Source: Desulfomicrobium sp.
GTDB lineage: Bacteria; Desulfobacterota; Desulfovibrionia; Desulfovibrionales; Desulfomicrobiaceae
Length of the DNA stretch: 64,000 nt
Reading direction: 5' to 3'
Assembly: GCA_040768745.1 (NCBI GenBank)
Contig: JAXGMI010000002.1
Coordinates: 224,001 to 288,000 of the forward strand
Part shown: in pieces, positions 37,418-48,075 of the stretch
How the letters are laid out: each line of letters opens with the position of its first letter
Position numbering within the stretch: the stretch's first letter is position 1
The notes under the pieces: model-generated
Told to the model about the DNA's origin: nothing
What the model saw: only the letters and a program-made list of their open reading frames with translations
The model's database searches: none
Position numbers and translations under genes: made by a program

Positions 37418-38914
37418 CTACGCCGATGTGTTGGGACCTCTTCTGCGCAGGACCACGAGGAGGCCCAGAGTCAGAAAGGGGTAGCACCAATGAATGAATA
37501 AAAAATGCTCATGGTAAAACGTCTTCTGTGTCAAGAGCGGGATGTCCGTTCGGTGCAGGATGTCCGTAGTGAAAAGTTCACTCCTGTCCCGCAATCTGCC
37601 GTCGGGGTCAATGAAGGTGCTCACGCCGGTGTTGGTGCAGCGGATGATGGCCCGATTCTGTTCCACGGCCCGCAGTATCGTGAGGTGCAGATGCTGGAGG
37701 GGGGCCGAGGTACGGCCGAACCAGGCATCGTTGCTGATGTTGACCAGCACGTTGGCCCCGAGTTCGACCTGTTTCTGGGCCAGTTCCGGGAAAATGGCTT
37801 CGTAGCAGATGAGGGTGCCCACGGCCATGTCTCCGCTGCGCAGGGGGGCTGAGTTCTGGCCGGGTCTGAATTCATACTCGCCAGGCACAAGTTTGGTCAG
37901 GAAGGGCAGCCATTGGCCCAGAGGGACATACTCGCCAAACGGCACAAGGTGTTCCTTGTCATACCATGCTTGGATTTCCCCGTTCGGGCCCAAGAGATAT
38001 GCCCGGTTGTGCAGCACGTACCGGGGTTCGTTCTTGCCCAATGGCATGGAGTAGGCCGGAGAGCCCGCCAGAACCGGGGTGCCCAGTTCAGCTACGGCTA
38101 TGCGCATGGCCGAGGACAGGTCTCCTGGATCCTGCAGGTAGAAAGGGAGGGCTGTCTCCGGCCAGACGAGAAGGTCGGATTTGAAGGACGACACAGCCTG
38201 CCTTGAGAGTTCCACGTAGGTCTGAAGGATTCTGGTTTGCAGGGTTTCGTCCCATTTCTGTCCCTGTTCTATGTTGCCCTGCACCATGGCGACCGAGGCT
38301 GTGGCCGGGGCGGGGGCAGAACTCGTGATCCAAGCCGGGAGCACGCAGAGGCCGATCATGGGCAGAACAAGGAGTCGTCTCCAGCCGCGAAGGACAAGGG
38401 CATGACCCATACCGGCCAGGAGTCCTGAGAGTCCGAAGGCTCCGCACCATGCAGCCAGACCAAGGGTCTGGGACCAGGGCGAGAACGCAGAGGCCAGTGT
38501 CAGCCAGGGAAACCCGGTCAGGAGATGGTTGCGGGCCAGCTCCAGGGTGGCCCAGAGCAGACCGCTGAAAACCAGGGCCAAAGGGTGTCTGCCCTTGTCC
38601 CCAAGCAGATAAATTCCCAGACAATATATGCCACCATAGGCGGCCAAAACCCCTCCGACCAGGACGGGACAGGGCAAGGCCAATGCCCAGGGAAGGCTGC
38701 CATGGTCGTGAACCGGGATGACGAGCCAGTAGAGACTGGCGGCATAGCCAGGCAGGGCCGTCAACATGCCCATGCGGAAGGCCTGCCCGGGGGTCTCTGC
38801 CCTGTTGGCGGCAAGGACCAGGGCTGCCGGCAGGAGCAGGATAGCCAGGGGGAGGTGCAGAAACGGATTGGCAAAGCCGAACCAGGTTCCTGCCAGGGCC
38901 ATACCCAGGGTCAT
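37418..38914 (-). CDS. lnt: Apolipoprotein N-acyltransferase
   Basis: TGFPW, VQGNI, VWPETA, KEHLVPFGEYVP, ICYE, SNDAWF, RAVE; start may be 38980. Confidence 0.95.
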   Translation of the reverse strand: MTLGMALAGTWFGFANPFLHLPLAILLLPAALVLAANRAETPGQAFRMGMLTALPGYAASLYWLVIPVHDHGSLPWALALPCPVLVGGVLAAYGGIYCLGIYLLGDKGRHPLALVFSGLLWATLELARNHLLTGFPWLTLASAFSPWSQTLGLAAWCGAFGLSGLLAGMGHALVLRGWRRLLVLPMIGLCVLPAWITSSAPAPATASVAMVQGNIEQGQKWDETLQTRILQTYVELSRQAVSSFKSDLLVWPETALPFYLQDPGDLSSAMRIAVAELGTPVLAGSPAYSMPLGKNEPRYVLHNRAYLLGPNGEIQAWYDKEHLVPFGEYVPLGQWLPFLTKLVPGEYEFRPGQNSAPLRSGDMAVGTLICYEAIFPELAQKQVELGANVLVNISNDAWFGRTSAPLQHLHLTILRAVEQNRAIIRCTNTGVSTFIDPDGRLRDRSELFTTDILHRTDIPLLTQKTFYHEHFLFIHWCYPFLTLGLLVVLRRRGPNTSA

Positions 38915-38933
38915 GAATCGGGGCAGAAGCAAA

Positions 38934-39752
38934 TCAGGATGCAAGCTTGGAAACGAGAACCCACTGGATCTGTTTGACATCGGCTTCCTTGATGAGAAAC
39001 GAGTATCCCTGCAATTCAAGGGTCTCGTTGGGTTCTGGAACCCGTCCGAGCTGCTCGCTGATGTACCCACCCACGGTTTCCACCTGCTCGGATTCAAGCC
39101 GGATTCCGCACTCCTCAAGGTCTTCCAGGCTTGTGCGACCAGAGACCAGAAAGGTGTCCTGATCCATGGGTTGGATATCCTCGGGACGCGGCGGGTCGTA
39201 TTCATCCTCGATGTCCCCGACGATTTCCTCCAGCACGTCCTCCAGGGTAACCAGACCGGCGGTTCCGCCGTACTCGTCCAGGACGATGGCCATATGCTGC
39301 TTGTTGCTCTGGAAATCCAGCAGGATGTTTTTGACGTTCTTCGTTTCAGGAATGAAGTAGGGGGAGCGCAGAACAGAGGACAGGTCGGCCGGGGCTTTGT
39401 CGTCTCCCACAAAGAAGCGCAACAGTTCCTTGCAGTGCAGGATGCCGACGATCTGATCTTTGGTTTCCTTGTAGATGGGCAGGCGAGAGTGGCCGCTTTG
39501 GAAGATTTTCTTGGCAACTTCGGTCACGGATTCGTCGATTTCCGCACAGACGATGTCCGTACGAGGGACCATGATCTCATATGCCTGCTTGTCGTCGAGC
39601 TGCAACACATTGAGCAGCATGGACATTTCGTCGTTCTGCAGTTCGCCATCGTCTTTGGCTTCGAGGATGGCTTCTTCGAGATGGCATTCGCCTTTGCGTG
39701 AAAAAAAACGTTTCAGGATTGACCAAAGTCGACTGTCCGAGCCCTCATCCAT
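38934..39752 (-). CDS. corC: CBS/CorC_HlyC magnesium-cobalt transporter-associated protein
   Basis: IMVPRTDI, GHSRLP, VLDEYGGTAGLVTLEDVLEEIVGDIEDEYD. Confidence 0.9.
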   Translation of the reverse strand: MDEGSDSRLWSILKRFFSRKGECHLEEAILEAKDDGELQNDEMSMLLNVLQLDDKQAYEIMVPRTDIVCAEIDESVTEVAKKIFQSGHSRLPIYKETKDQIVGILHCKELLRFFVGDDKAPADLSSVLRSPYFIPETKNVKNILLDFQSNKQHMAIVLDEYGGTAGLVTLEDVLEEIVGDIEDEYDPPRPEDIQPMDQDTFLVSGRTSLEDLEECGIRLESEQVETVGGYISEQLGRVPEPNETLELQGYSFLIKEADVKQIQWVLVSKLAS

Positions 39753-39800
39753 AAATACGTTGTCCTCCCTTTGGGGGTTGCGGTATCAAAATTTTGATCT

Positions 39801-40856
39801 CTATACATTTTCTTGTTCCCGGTAAAGTTCCAAATGGCGCCTGAAAACCCAGGTCACGATGTCATCAATGCCTGAGTCTTCCTCAACTTTCGTCCACTGC
39901 AGTGTTTCAGCGCCCTGGTCGCTGCAGAATTCCATGAACTCGTATCCGAGCATGAGCAGGCCGGTATCAAAGTCCTGGTTCTTGGTGCGCAGCCGCGAGG
40001 CGATGTAATAGGCGGGAAAGCTCATCTTCCCCAGGGCCTCCAGATCCAGGCGCATGAACAGGAGGGGGTTCTTGACGACATACTCGCCCAATCCCGGGCA
40101 GTGGGTCGGGTGGAACGCGAATTTGATGCCGCTCCCAGAGATGTCGACCACCTTGAGACCCTCGCCGCTGGTGCCCGTCATGATGGCAAGGGGCTTGGGC
40201 CATTTGCTCAAATCTGACTCAAGGTGAAAGGTCGTGTTTTCTGTGGATGCCCAGATGCGGAAATCCCTGACATCTGTGGGCGGGACCTCCAGGCGCAGAT
40301 GCCTGCGCTTCTGGCCCAGTTCGACCTTGTCAGGGAGCGACAGCGTCAAATAAGCGACATCCCCGATTGCGTGCAGCCCGACGACATTGGATATGAACTT
40401 ATAGAAATATGGGGATTTTTCGCCACGGGGGAGGCGGAAATAACAGACCATGACCTTGCCGATCCAGTTTTCGGCAGGGCTGACCCCGGCAAGAAGTTCC
40501 AGGGTGATCCCCGTTCCGGCAAGTTCATAGAGAGCGCAGGAATTGGTCTGACGGGAAGCGGAAATAGGGTGGAAGCCCACGTCCACGCGGCTGCGGTGGA
40601 ACATGGCTTGTTCGAGGATGGATGAGATTTCCTGGGGCAAGACAGTGGATCCTGAATCCCGTGCCTGGGTCGATCGGATGGATTTTTTCCAGAGCATATA
40701 TCCGAAAATTGCGGCCAGCACGAGGGCCCCGGTCGTCAGGATGAAGTTGCCTTGGGGTTCAAGAATACGTTCACCGCCCAGGAAGGAGGGGATCCGTCCC
40801 AGCAAGCTGTCTGCAACCTGGAGGAAAGCAAAATCAATCATCGTTGTCTCGTTCAA
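39801..40856 (-). CDS. Membrane-anchored protein with PilZ-like motifs
   Basis: One N-terminal TM helix; QKRRHLR (RxxxR) and DISGSG (DxSxxG); start uncertain. Confidence 0.65.
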   Translation of the reverse strand: MNETTMIDFAFLQVADSLLGRIPSFLGGERILEPQGNFILTTGALVLAAIFGYMLWKKSIRSTQARDSGSTVLPQEISSILEQAMFHRSRVDVGFHPISASRQTNSCALYELAGTGITLELLAGVSPAENWIGKVMVCYFRLPRGEKSPYFYKFISNVVGLHAIGDVAYLTLSLPDKVELGQKRRHLRLEVPPTDVRDFRIWASTENTTFHLESDLSKWPKPLAIMTGTSGEGLKVVDISGSGIKFAFHPTHCPGLGEYVVKNPLLFMRLDLEALGKMSFPAYYIASRLRTKNQDFDTGLLMLGYEFMEFCSDQGAETLQWTKVEEDSGIDDIVTWVFRRHLELYREQENV

Positions 40857-41296
40857 GGTTGATACGTGCCAGAATTCGCGGTTTCATTTGCAAGCCCGTG
40901 CTGGAGGTGAGGAAATCGGTGCATCCGGCTGTCTGTGATGCCCGGTTTTCGTTGTGCATGGATAGAGCGGAAAATCGGACTCCGGGTGCCCAAAATCACA
41001 ACAAAGGGATGCTGCATTCGTGGTTGTTCTCGGCACAACGGCGTCCGGCAGTGGATTTTCATGGGAAATCCTCTTTCAGGGCCTTCGTGTCGAATCATTC
41101 AGGCTGGTTATATTTTCAAACCATGCCAAAGGGAAGCAAAAGGATTCCCAAGGAATCGCCAGCTGCAACAACACGCACATTCAAGATCCGGGCCATACAA
41201 AAGGAACTCCAGGGCGTGTTGAATGCCCGCCAGATGCGGAGCATACCCCCAGGCAATGTCTGGACTATATCTCTGCCTTGTGCGCGTTTGAGTCAC

Positions 41297-42178
41297 TCAG
41301 AGCAATGAGGGCATGATTCCAGGGCCAGCGCCATCAAGGACCCCACAGCCGAGCAGTTCATCAAGCTCTGCCAGCAGGCGATCCTTGTCCTTGGGCAAGC
41401 GGCCGGCCAGGGGGAGGATGTTCGATGCATGATCCGCCCGGAAGACAGATTGGCCCAGCTCAAGTCCCTGAATGATGGCCCGAAGCTCGAGCACTGCCTC
41501 CATCTCGGTCAATGGGACAAAATGTCCCGCTCTGATCCAACGGGCCAAGAGAGTTCCTGCAACCGGAACAAGGCGCAGGCAGGACAAAAGTTGAGGCTGC
41601 ATCGCATTCAGGGTCTGGACAGTTCCGTCGATGTGCTCTGCGGAATGTTTTTGTCCGCCAAGACCGATCAGCACCATAACCGAGATGTTCAGTCCGGCCC
41701 GCTGGACACGTTGACACCCTTTGACCATGTCCAGGGCCGAGGTCCCTTTACGCATGAGTTTGAGGACGGCCTCGGATCCGCTTTCCAGGCCGAGATAGAG
41801 GGTGTGCAGACCCGCTTGGCGCAAGGAGAGGAGATCCTCTTCGGATTTGTTCATCATGGCCCGGGCAGAGGCATAACAGTTGACGCGCGCCAGGCGGGGG
41901 AAGGAAGCGCGCAGGAGGGCCAGGACAGCAGAAAGGGTTTCCCGCGGCAGGGCGAATACGTCCCCGTCAGCCAGAAAGACTCGCCGTGCATGCGGATGTT
42001 TCCTCGCGGCCTCGGCGATGCATGCGGTCAATTCTTCAGTGGCATATTCACGGTAGGGCACGCCCGTGTACATGGCACAGAACGCGCAGGCATTGTGCGG
42101 GCAGCCGTCCGCTACCCGGACAAGAACGCTCCCCGCCTCGGCGGGAGGACGGAACAGGGTGTGGCCCGCCGTGTTCAC
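41297..42178 (-). CDS. Radical SAM protein
   Basis: FRPPAEA, CPHNACAFC (CxxxCxxC), FLADGD, YLGLESGS, DHASN; GTG start after GGAG. Confidence 0.9.
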   Translation of the reverse strand: MNTAGHTLFRPPAEAGSVLVRVADGCPHNACAFCAMYTGVPYREYATEELTACIAEAARKHPHARRVFLADGDVFALPRETLSAVLALLRASFPRLARVNCYASARAMMNKSEEDLLSLRQAGLHTLYLGLESGSEAVLKLMRKGTSALDMVKGCQRVQRAGLNISVMVLIGLGGQKHSAEHIDGTVQTLNAMQPQLLSCLRLVPVAGTLLARWIRAGHFVPLTEMEAVLELRAIIQGLELGQSVFRADHASNILPLAGRLPKDKDRLLAELDELLGCGVLDGAGPGIMPSLL

Positions 42179-42393
42179 GGACGTCTCCGAGCTGTCCTGA
42201 TTGAGTGTTGGGTGGCCATGCTTCAACGGTTTTTCCGCGTCCAACTTGACGGGCAGGTGTCCATTTGTTGCGCGTCCAATGCCTGACATCCTGAATGCGT
42301 AGCTAATACTCTGAAATTATTTTTACAAGCCGGTATTTTTGATGATCTTCACACTTTTGCCAATACGTCCGTGTACTGGTAAGGGCCAGGGTC

Positions 42394-43890
42394 ATGAAAC
42401 ACGGCTTGCGCCTCGGCGACTATCTCGATCTGGAGTGGTTCTTGGACCAGGACCGGCATGCGGATTCCAGCCAAACCCTGGAACGGGATCGGCAATTGGG
42501 CCTGGCCGCTGCCTCTGACGGCATTCCGGCGAACAGATTTTTTTCCTATTGGTTGGCCCAGAGGCGGGCTGGAGAAAAGGAGGTCCTGCCTTCAGCACTG
42601 TTGCGCACGGTCCGCACCCTGACCCGCTGGGCCGTCGCTGCCCTCTGTCTTGGGTCAGGCATTTCCATGATCCGGGCCCTTTTGCTCTACTCCGGGGTCG
42701 AACCCATCAACATTTCGGTTTTTCTGCTCGTCGCGGTTGTGCCCCAGATCCTTCTCTGCGTAGCCGCACTGGTGGTCCTGGGAATCAAAAGCCGCGGAGA
42801 TTGGTCTGGTTTTTCACTTCTTTTCTCCTGTGTGCGTGCGTGGTTGGGTCGTGGCCGATCCAAGGCCGCCGGATTCATGAGCACCATGCTTTCCGGGCGG
42901 GGCTGGGCGGCCCGGATGCTGGCCATGGATTGCCTGGCATGCATGCAACTGGGGGGTCTTTGTTTTGCCCTGGGTTGTCTGACGGGTTTTCTGCTCAGTG
43001 TGGCCGTGACGGACTTGGCCTTTGGCTGGCAGTCAACCCTGCAGGTTGGGGCCCAGGGCATGCATGCCTTGGTGTCCATGCTGGCCCTGCCCTGGTCCTG
43101 GATGCCTGCATCATGGGGAGGAGCGCCCAGTCTGGCCCAGATCGAGGGAAGCCGCATCGTGCTCAAGGAGGGTATATCCACCCTGGTCAACGCCGACCTC
43201 GCCGCCTGGTGGCCGTTTCTGGGCTTTTGCCTTCTGGTGTACGCCGTGGTGCCACGATGTATTCTCCTGGCTTTCGCCGACCGCCGCTTGCGGAATATGG
43301 AACGGGTTTTCATGCATCCGGACGTGCGGCGCATTGTCGATCGGATGAGCGTTCCCCGACTCGACTCGGGCATGACAAAGGAGGCGCCCCCCGCAACCCT
43401 GCCCCTGGATGAGTTGGATGCACACAATGCAGTGGAAAACGTCCCGGCAGGACATGACCGCCCCAGACTTGGCTGCGTGCTTCTGCTTCCTCCGGAGCTC
43501 ATGGACCGCATTGCAGGGCGCGACCTGGCACAGCTGGGCAGGAGCGTCTATGGGTATGCGCCGGGACGAGTTTTCTGGACAGATCTTGAACAGGATGGAA
43601 TCAGTGACGTTCTGAAAGCCTGCTCTGGGCTTTCCTGGGAGGGAGACCATGAGCGCTATGCGGTTTTGGTGGAGGGGTGGCAGCCGCCCATCCGGGAAAA
43701 TCTGCTGGCCCTGAAACAATTGGGGCAGGATGCGAGGCAAAATCGCACCCTGAGTCTTATTCTGGCTGGGCGCCCCTCAGGAGACAACTGGCTGACAGCT
43801 CCCACTCAGATTGAACGGAAGGCCTGGATCGAGGCTGTGGAACGGCTTGACCCCTTACACATTGAAATTTTTGGAGCGGGTGCGGCATGA
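42394..43890 (+). CDS. DUF2868-like membrane protein
   Basis: Several TM helices; AFGWQSTL, LALPWSW, WWPFL...YAVVPR, WQPP. Confidence 0.75.
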   Translation: MKHGLRLGDYLDLEWFLDQDRHADSSQTLERDRQLGLAAASDGIPANRFFSYWLAQRRAGEKEVLPSALLRTVRTLTRWAVAALCLGSGISMIRALLLYSGVEPINISVFLLVAVVPQILLCVAALVVLGIKSRGDWSGFSLLFSCVRAWLGRGRSKAAGFMSTMLSGRGWAARMLAMDCLACMQLGGLCFALGCLTGFLLSVAVTDLAFGWQSTLQVGAQGMHALVSMLALPWSWMPASWGGAPSLAQIEGSRIVLKEGISTLVNADLAAWWPFLGFCLLVYAVVPRCILLAFADRRLRNMERVFMHPDVRRIVDRMSVPRLDSGMTKEAPPATLPLDELDAHNAVENVPAGHDRPRLGCVLLLPPELMDRIAGRDLAQLGRSVYGYAPGRVFWTDLEQDGISDVLKACSGLSWEGDHERYAVLVEGWQPPIRENLLALKQLGQDARQNRTLSLILAGRPSGDNWLTAPTQIERKAWIEAVERLDPLHIEIFGAGAA

Positions 43891-45290
43891 TCGCTCATCC
43901 CAGTTTTGCAGTCATCGGCCATCCCAACGAGGGGAAATCTTCTGTGGTGGCCACCCTGGTCGAGAACGACCGCATCCGTATCAGCCCCACGCCAGGGGAG
44001 ACCGTGGAGTCGACGTCCTATCCTGTCATCCTGGATGGAGAAACGGTCATTTCCTTCGTGGACACCCCCGGATTCCAGAACCCCCTCCAGACATTGGGAT
44101 GGATGCGCAAGTATCAGGGACCATCTCGGGACATGCTGGCCGCCTTCCTGCGTGAGTTCGGGGATGATCCGGGTATGACCCATGAATGCGAATTGCTCCG
44201 CCCCGTGGCAGCAGGGTCAGGAGTCATCTACGTTGTCGATGCATCCCGACCCTTGCGCCGGGTTGATCGGGCCGAGATGGAAATCCTGCGCCTGACCGGG
44301 AGGCCCCGTATGGCCATCATCAACTGCAAGACCGGAGAGGAAGGATTCCTGGAGGAATGGAAGGAGGAGTTCCGGAAACATTTCAACATGGTTCGAACCT
44401 TCAACGCCGTTCGGGCCACTTTTGCGGAGCGCATGCGCCTGCTGGAAAGCCTGCGCTCCATCGATCAGGACTGGGAACAGGCCCTGACCCGTGTGCAGGA
44501 AGCCTTTGTGCGTGACTGGGACAGGCGTCTTCGGGACTGTGCGGCCCTGGCCTGCCGCTTTCTGTCCGAGGTGCTGGCCATGTCCGAGACGACCAGTCTG
44601 TCCGAGGGGATTGATCGGAATGCGGTGGAACAACGGCTGACAATGCGCCTGGAGGCCCGCATCAGGAAGGCTGAGAGTGAGCTGCACAGGGCGGTGCGGG
44701 CGCATTTCCGGCACAATGTTTTCCAGGCCGATCTGCCGGAACAGTCCGTGTTGCGCCAGGATCTGTTCTCCAGGGCTACGTGGCGCGTTTTGGGCCTGAC
44801 CCGGACTCAGCTCGCATTCACGGCCGCTGCGGCAGGCGGGGCTGCAGGCGCCATGGTCGACATGGCTACGGCTGGCCACAGTCTGGGGCTCTTTGCCGTC
44901 CTGGGCGGGGCCGTTGGGGGCCTAGCCGCGTTGGTCAAGGGGGAGGATCTGGTCAACGAGCGCCTTCTGGGCCAGCGTCTCGGGAGCCAGGGTCTTCAGG
45001 TCGGGCCGGTCAAGACGGTGCAGTGGGTCTATGTTTTGCTCGATCGATTTCTGCTCTACTTCTGGCATGCCATCAATTGGGCCCACGCCAGGCCCGCCGA
45101 CCACGTTGTCCAGGACCCCGAGAAAGGCGGGAAGCTCGGTCTGACCAGCGCCTGGAGTCGCGAGGCCCGCAAACTCTGTGCCGATTTTTACACTGCCCGG
45201 ACCGAAGGCCGGGAAGAAAAGTCCGCGGAATTGGAGGTGCGATTGGAGCAATTTCTGGACGAGGAATTGCACCGGTTGTCCTCCAGCTGA
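43887..45290 (+). CDS. GTPase with DUF3482-like domain
   Basis: G1 GHPNEGKSS, G2 GET, G3 DTPGF, YVVDAS; Gly/Ala-rich hydrophobic hairpin; ATGA overlap with the upstream gene. Confidence 0.8.
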   Translation: MIAHPSFAVIGHPNEGKSSVVATLVENDRIRISPTPGETVESTSYPVILDGETVISFVDTPGFQNPLQTLGWMRKYQGPSRDMLAAFLREFGDDPGMTHECELLRPVAAGSGVIYVVDASRPLRRVDRAEMEILRLTGRPRMAIINCKTGEEGFLEEWKEEFRKHFNMVRTFNAVRATFAERMRLLESLRSIDQDWEQALTRVQEAFVRDWDRRLRDCAALACRFLSEVLAMSETTSLSEGIDRNAVEQRLTMRLEARIRKAESELHRAVRAHFRHNVFQADLPEQSVLRQDLFSRATWRVLGLTRTQLAFTAAAAGGAAGAMVDMATAGHSLGLFAVLGGAVGGLAALVKGEDLVNERLLGQRLGSQGLQVGPVKTVQWVYVLLDRFLLYFWHAINWAHARPADHVVQDPEKGGKLGLTSAWSREARKLCADFYTARTEGREEKSAELEVRLEQFLDEELHRLSSS

Positions 45291-45438
45291 CATCTCGGGC
45301 CCCGCGCGGTCCTGGCACCCTGTTGTCCCGTTCACCCAGGCTCTGCAGCTGCTGCATCCTCCCCGCAAAAGACCTCGCCTGCGCTTCCACGGACCATGCG
45401 CATGGACTTCAACGGCCCACTGGTCAATGGATATGAAT

Positions 45439-47253
45439 TCAGAATTCCTCCTCCAGCGCGTCCTGGAATTGACCGCTGGTGAAAAGGTCCCGCAGTACAA
45501 GAGGACTGCCCGGATCATCCTTGGAAAACAGGGCCACGATGGGGATGGACTTGGAGCCCAGACTTTCCAGCAGGTGCATGAGTTTGGGATCGTGACGGGT
45601 CAGGTCCACGCGCAACAGGACAGCGTCATGCTTTTCGGCCAGGCGCGCACTCTGTTCAGGAGTGAGCACCGTCTTTTCCAGAAACTTGCAGTTGGGGCAC
45701 CAGTCAGCAGTGAAATCCAGAACGAGATTTTTTTGCCCCAAGAGATTTTCGAACTGGTCCATTTCGAAGGGTCGCCATGGATCCACATGCTCGCTCGGCC
45801 GGAACAGAAACACGGCCGTCAGCACCACCATGATGATCCCTGCTCCACGGATGGACCACCTTTTTCGGCGGCCTTGGTTCAGGTTGGTCCATTGGCCCCA
45901 CATCCAGGCAGCCATGGCGATGACCCAGAGCAGAATCAGCACATTGAGATATTCTGAGGCAGGGAGCAGCCCAAAGAGGTAGACGCAGGTCCCGGCCAGG
46001 AGAAAGCCGAGAATACGCTCAAGATGCACTGTCCATGTTCCCGGCCTGGGCAGAAATCGATACAGATTCGGAAAAAGGGCCATGACCAGATACGGCGAGG
46101 CCATGCCGAACCCGATGCAACTCAGCACCAGGGCGATGATTCTTGGCGGCTGGATCAGGGCCCAGGCCAGCACGCCTCCCAGAAACGGGCCGCTGCAGGG
46201 CGTGGCCAGAACCGTGGCCAGCACGCCCGTGGTGAAAGACTCCAGTTGGGGATGGTGCACAACACCGTGGCCGGTTTTGCCTTTGAGGTCGATGAGGGGG
46301 AGGTCGTAGATCCCGAAAAGGCTCAGCGACAGGGCAAACACGATGGCCGTGAGGGAGATGATGGCGCTTGGCTGCTGGAATATCTGCCCCCAGGCCATGC
46401 CCGTCATGGCGATGATTCCTGCCAGGACCAGAAAATAGAGCATCATGCCCAGGGCAAAGAAAAGATTGTGCGCCCGGAATGCCCGCCGCTGATCCGAAGG
46501 GATGCTGCCCGCGACAGGGATGAAGGATCTCAGTTTCAGGGTGATGACCGGCAGTACGCACGGCATGAAATTGAGGATCAAACCGGCCACAAAAGCCAGA
46601 ATTGCGGCTTTGGACAGGGTATGGACCTCCAGGCCGGGTGCGAAATAACGTGGTTTGAAGGCCAGGGCCGGGGCCGATCCGGTCATGGTTTCTGCCTCGG
46701 AGGCGTTGGCCGATGGCAGCGCCGGCGTGATGGCAGGGTCTTGGCTTGCGTTCAGAAAGAGTGCCCACCACGACTGCTTTTCGGCCTCGGGGAGGGCGGA
46801 GTAGTGCGTGGCATTGAGGGACAACTCGCGTTCTTCACGCAGGGGCTGGCAGGTGGTGGAAGAGCAGAGCAGGGCGTCCAGACGTACCCGCAACTCCAGG
46901 TTGGCTGGTTCCAGGGGAATGAAGAAGGGCGTGGGGCCTTCGTAGAGGTGTACGGTCAGACTGGGATCAAGCGGATCCGGCCCTGGGGATGGCGGTGGAT
47001 AGAGGGCAGAGACCGGCTTTCCGTTCGCCGTTCCGGACACTGCCGTGGGAAATCCCGACGGACCCGGAAGGGGACCGTAGGCGTGCACTCCGTGCGCAGG
47101 GGTCAGCGTCAGGACGGCCAGTATCTGTTTGTTGCCCGTGCGGAACGCTTCGAGCTGCAGCGAGTAGGGAGACTCATTGCCCAGCCCCAAGGACGGGAGC
47201 AAGATGGTTACAACTATTTCCGCCAGAAAGAGAAGTCGACGAAAAGTGTTCAT
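45439..47253 (-). CDS. DsbD-family thiol:disulfide interchange protein
   Basis: N-domain CSSTTC, LNFMPCVLPV, ATPCSGP, thioredoxin DFTADWCPNC. Confidence 0.92.
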   Translation of the reverse strand: MNTFRRLLFLAEIVVTILLPSLGLGNESPYSLQLEAFRTGNKQILAVLTLTPAHGVHAYGPLPGPSGFPTAVSGTANGKPVSALYPPPSPGPDPLDPSLTVHLYEGPTPFFIPLEPANLELRVRLDALLCSSTTCQPLREERELSLNATHYSALPEAEKQSWWALFLNASQDPAITPALPSANASEAETMTGSAPALAFKPRYFAPGLEVHTLSKAAILAFVAGLILNFMPCVLPVITLKLRSFIPVAGSIPSDQRRAFRAHNLFFALGMMLYFLVLAGIIAMTGMAWGQIFQQPSAIISLTAIVFALSLSLFGIYDLPLIDLKGKTGHGVVHHPQLESFTTGVLATVLATPCSGPFLGGVLAWALIQPPRIIALVLSCIGFGMASPYLVMALFPNLYRFLPRPGTWTVHLERILGFLLAGTCVYLFGLLPASEYLNVLILLWVIAMAAWMWGQWTNLNQGRRKRWSIRGAGIIMVVLTAVFLFRPSEHVDPWRPFEMDQFENLLGQKNLVLDFTADWCPNCKFLEKTVLTPEQSARLAEKHDAVLLRVDLTRHDPKLMHLLESLGSKSIPIVALFSKDDPGSPLVLRDLFTSGQFQDALEEEF

Positions 47254-47405
47254 GCGGACCACGCGGTTGGGTGAGTCGGAAAATTGTGTACGATCTTTGA
47301 AACAGAGCAATTCTGTACCCTGAAGTCAATTCCGTCACTACAACATCAATGCATGACTGATGGCCTGCCCAAGGCGATCCGGAGCATGGCGAGTGGCTGT
47401 GCACA

Positions 47406-48062
47406 TCAGAGCCGCTTTTTGTCCCTTTCTGTGCGCAGCCAAGCGTACCAGGCATCCATGCCCTGACCAGTGGTGGCGGACAAGGGAAAGATCTGGATTG
47501 CAGGGTTGACAGCACAGGCGAAGGAGGACGCCCGTTCCACACTGAAATTGACGTAGGGCAGCAGGTCGATCTTGTTCAGGATCATGACCTGTGATTGCGC
47601 GAAGATAAATGGATATTTTTCAGGCTTGTCGTCCCCCTCGGTCACGCTCAGAATGGTCACCTTGTAGTCTTCACCCACGCTGAATTCAGCCGGGCAGACA
47701 AGGTTGCCCACATTTTCTATGACCAGGATGTCGACTTCATCCAGTTTCAGCTTGGCACACGCCTCGCGGACCATGGCGCCGTCAAGGTGACAGCCTCCAT
47801 CGGTATTGATCTGGATGGCCTGCGCGCCCGTGGCGGCCACGCGGCGCGCGTCGTTTTCGGTCTGGCAATCCCCCTCGATGACGGCCATGCAGAATTCGTG
47901 CTTGAGATCGGTCAAGGTGCGCTCCAAGAGGGTGGTCTTGCCGGAACCTGGAGAGCTCATCAGGTTCAAGGTCAGAATGCCTTTGGCCGTAAGCCGGGCA
48001 TTCAATTCTGCGGCCACTGCGTCGTTGGCCTCCAGGATGTTGCGGACCACGTCGACTTTCAT
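47406..48062 (-). CDS. hypB: Hydrogenase nickel-insertion GTPase
   Basis: SSPGSGKTT, GGCHLD, ENVGNLVCPA, TEGDDKPEKYP, NKIDL. Confidence 0.97.
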   Translation of the reverse strand: MKVDVVRNILEANDAVAAELNARLTAKGILTLNLMSSPGSGKTTLLERTLTDLKHEFCMAVIEGDCQTENDARRVAATGAQAIQINTDGGCHLDGAMVREACAKLKLDEVDILVIENVGNLVCPAEFSVGEDYKVTILSVTEGDDKPEKYPFIFAQSQVMILNKIDLLPYVNFSVERASSFACAVNPAIQIFPLSATTGQGMDAWYAWLRTERDKKRL

Positions 48063-48075
48063 GCGTTCCTCCAGG

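Noticed and set aside
40853..41296. Short overlapping ORFs in the gap between the PilZ-like and radical SAM genes
   Set aside because: No motifs or convincing RBS; treated as a promoter region
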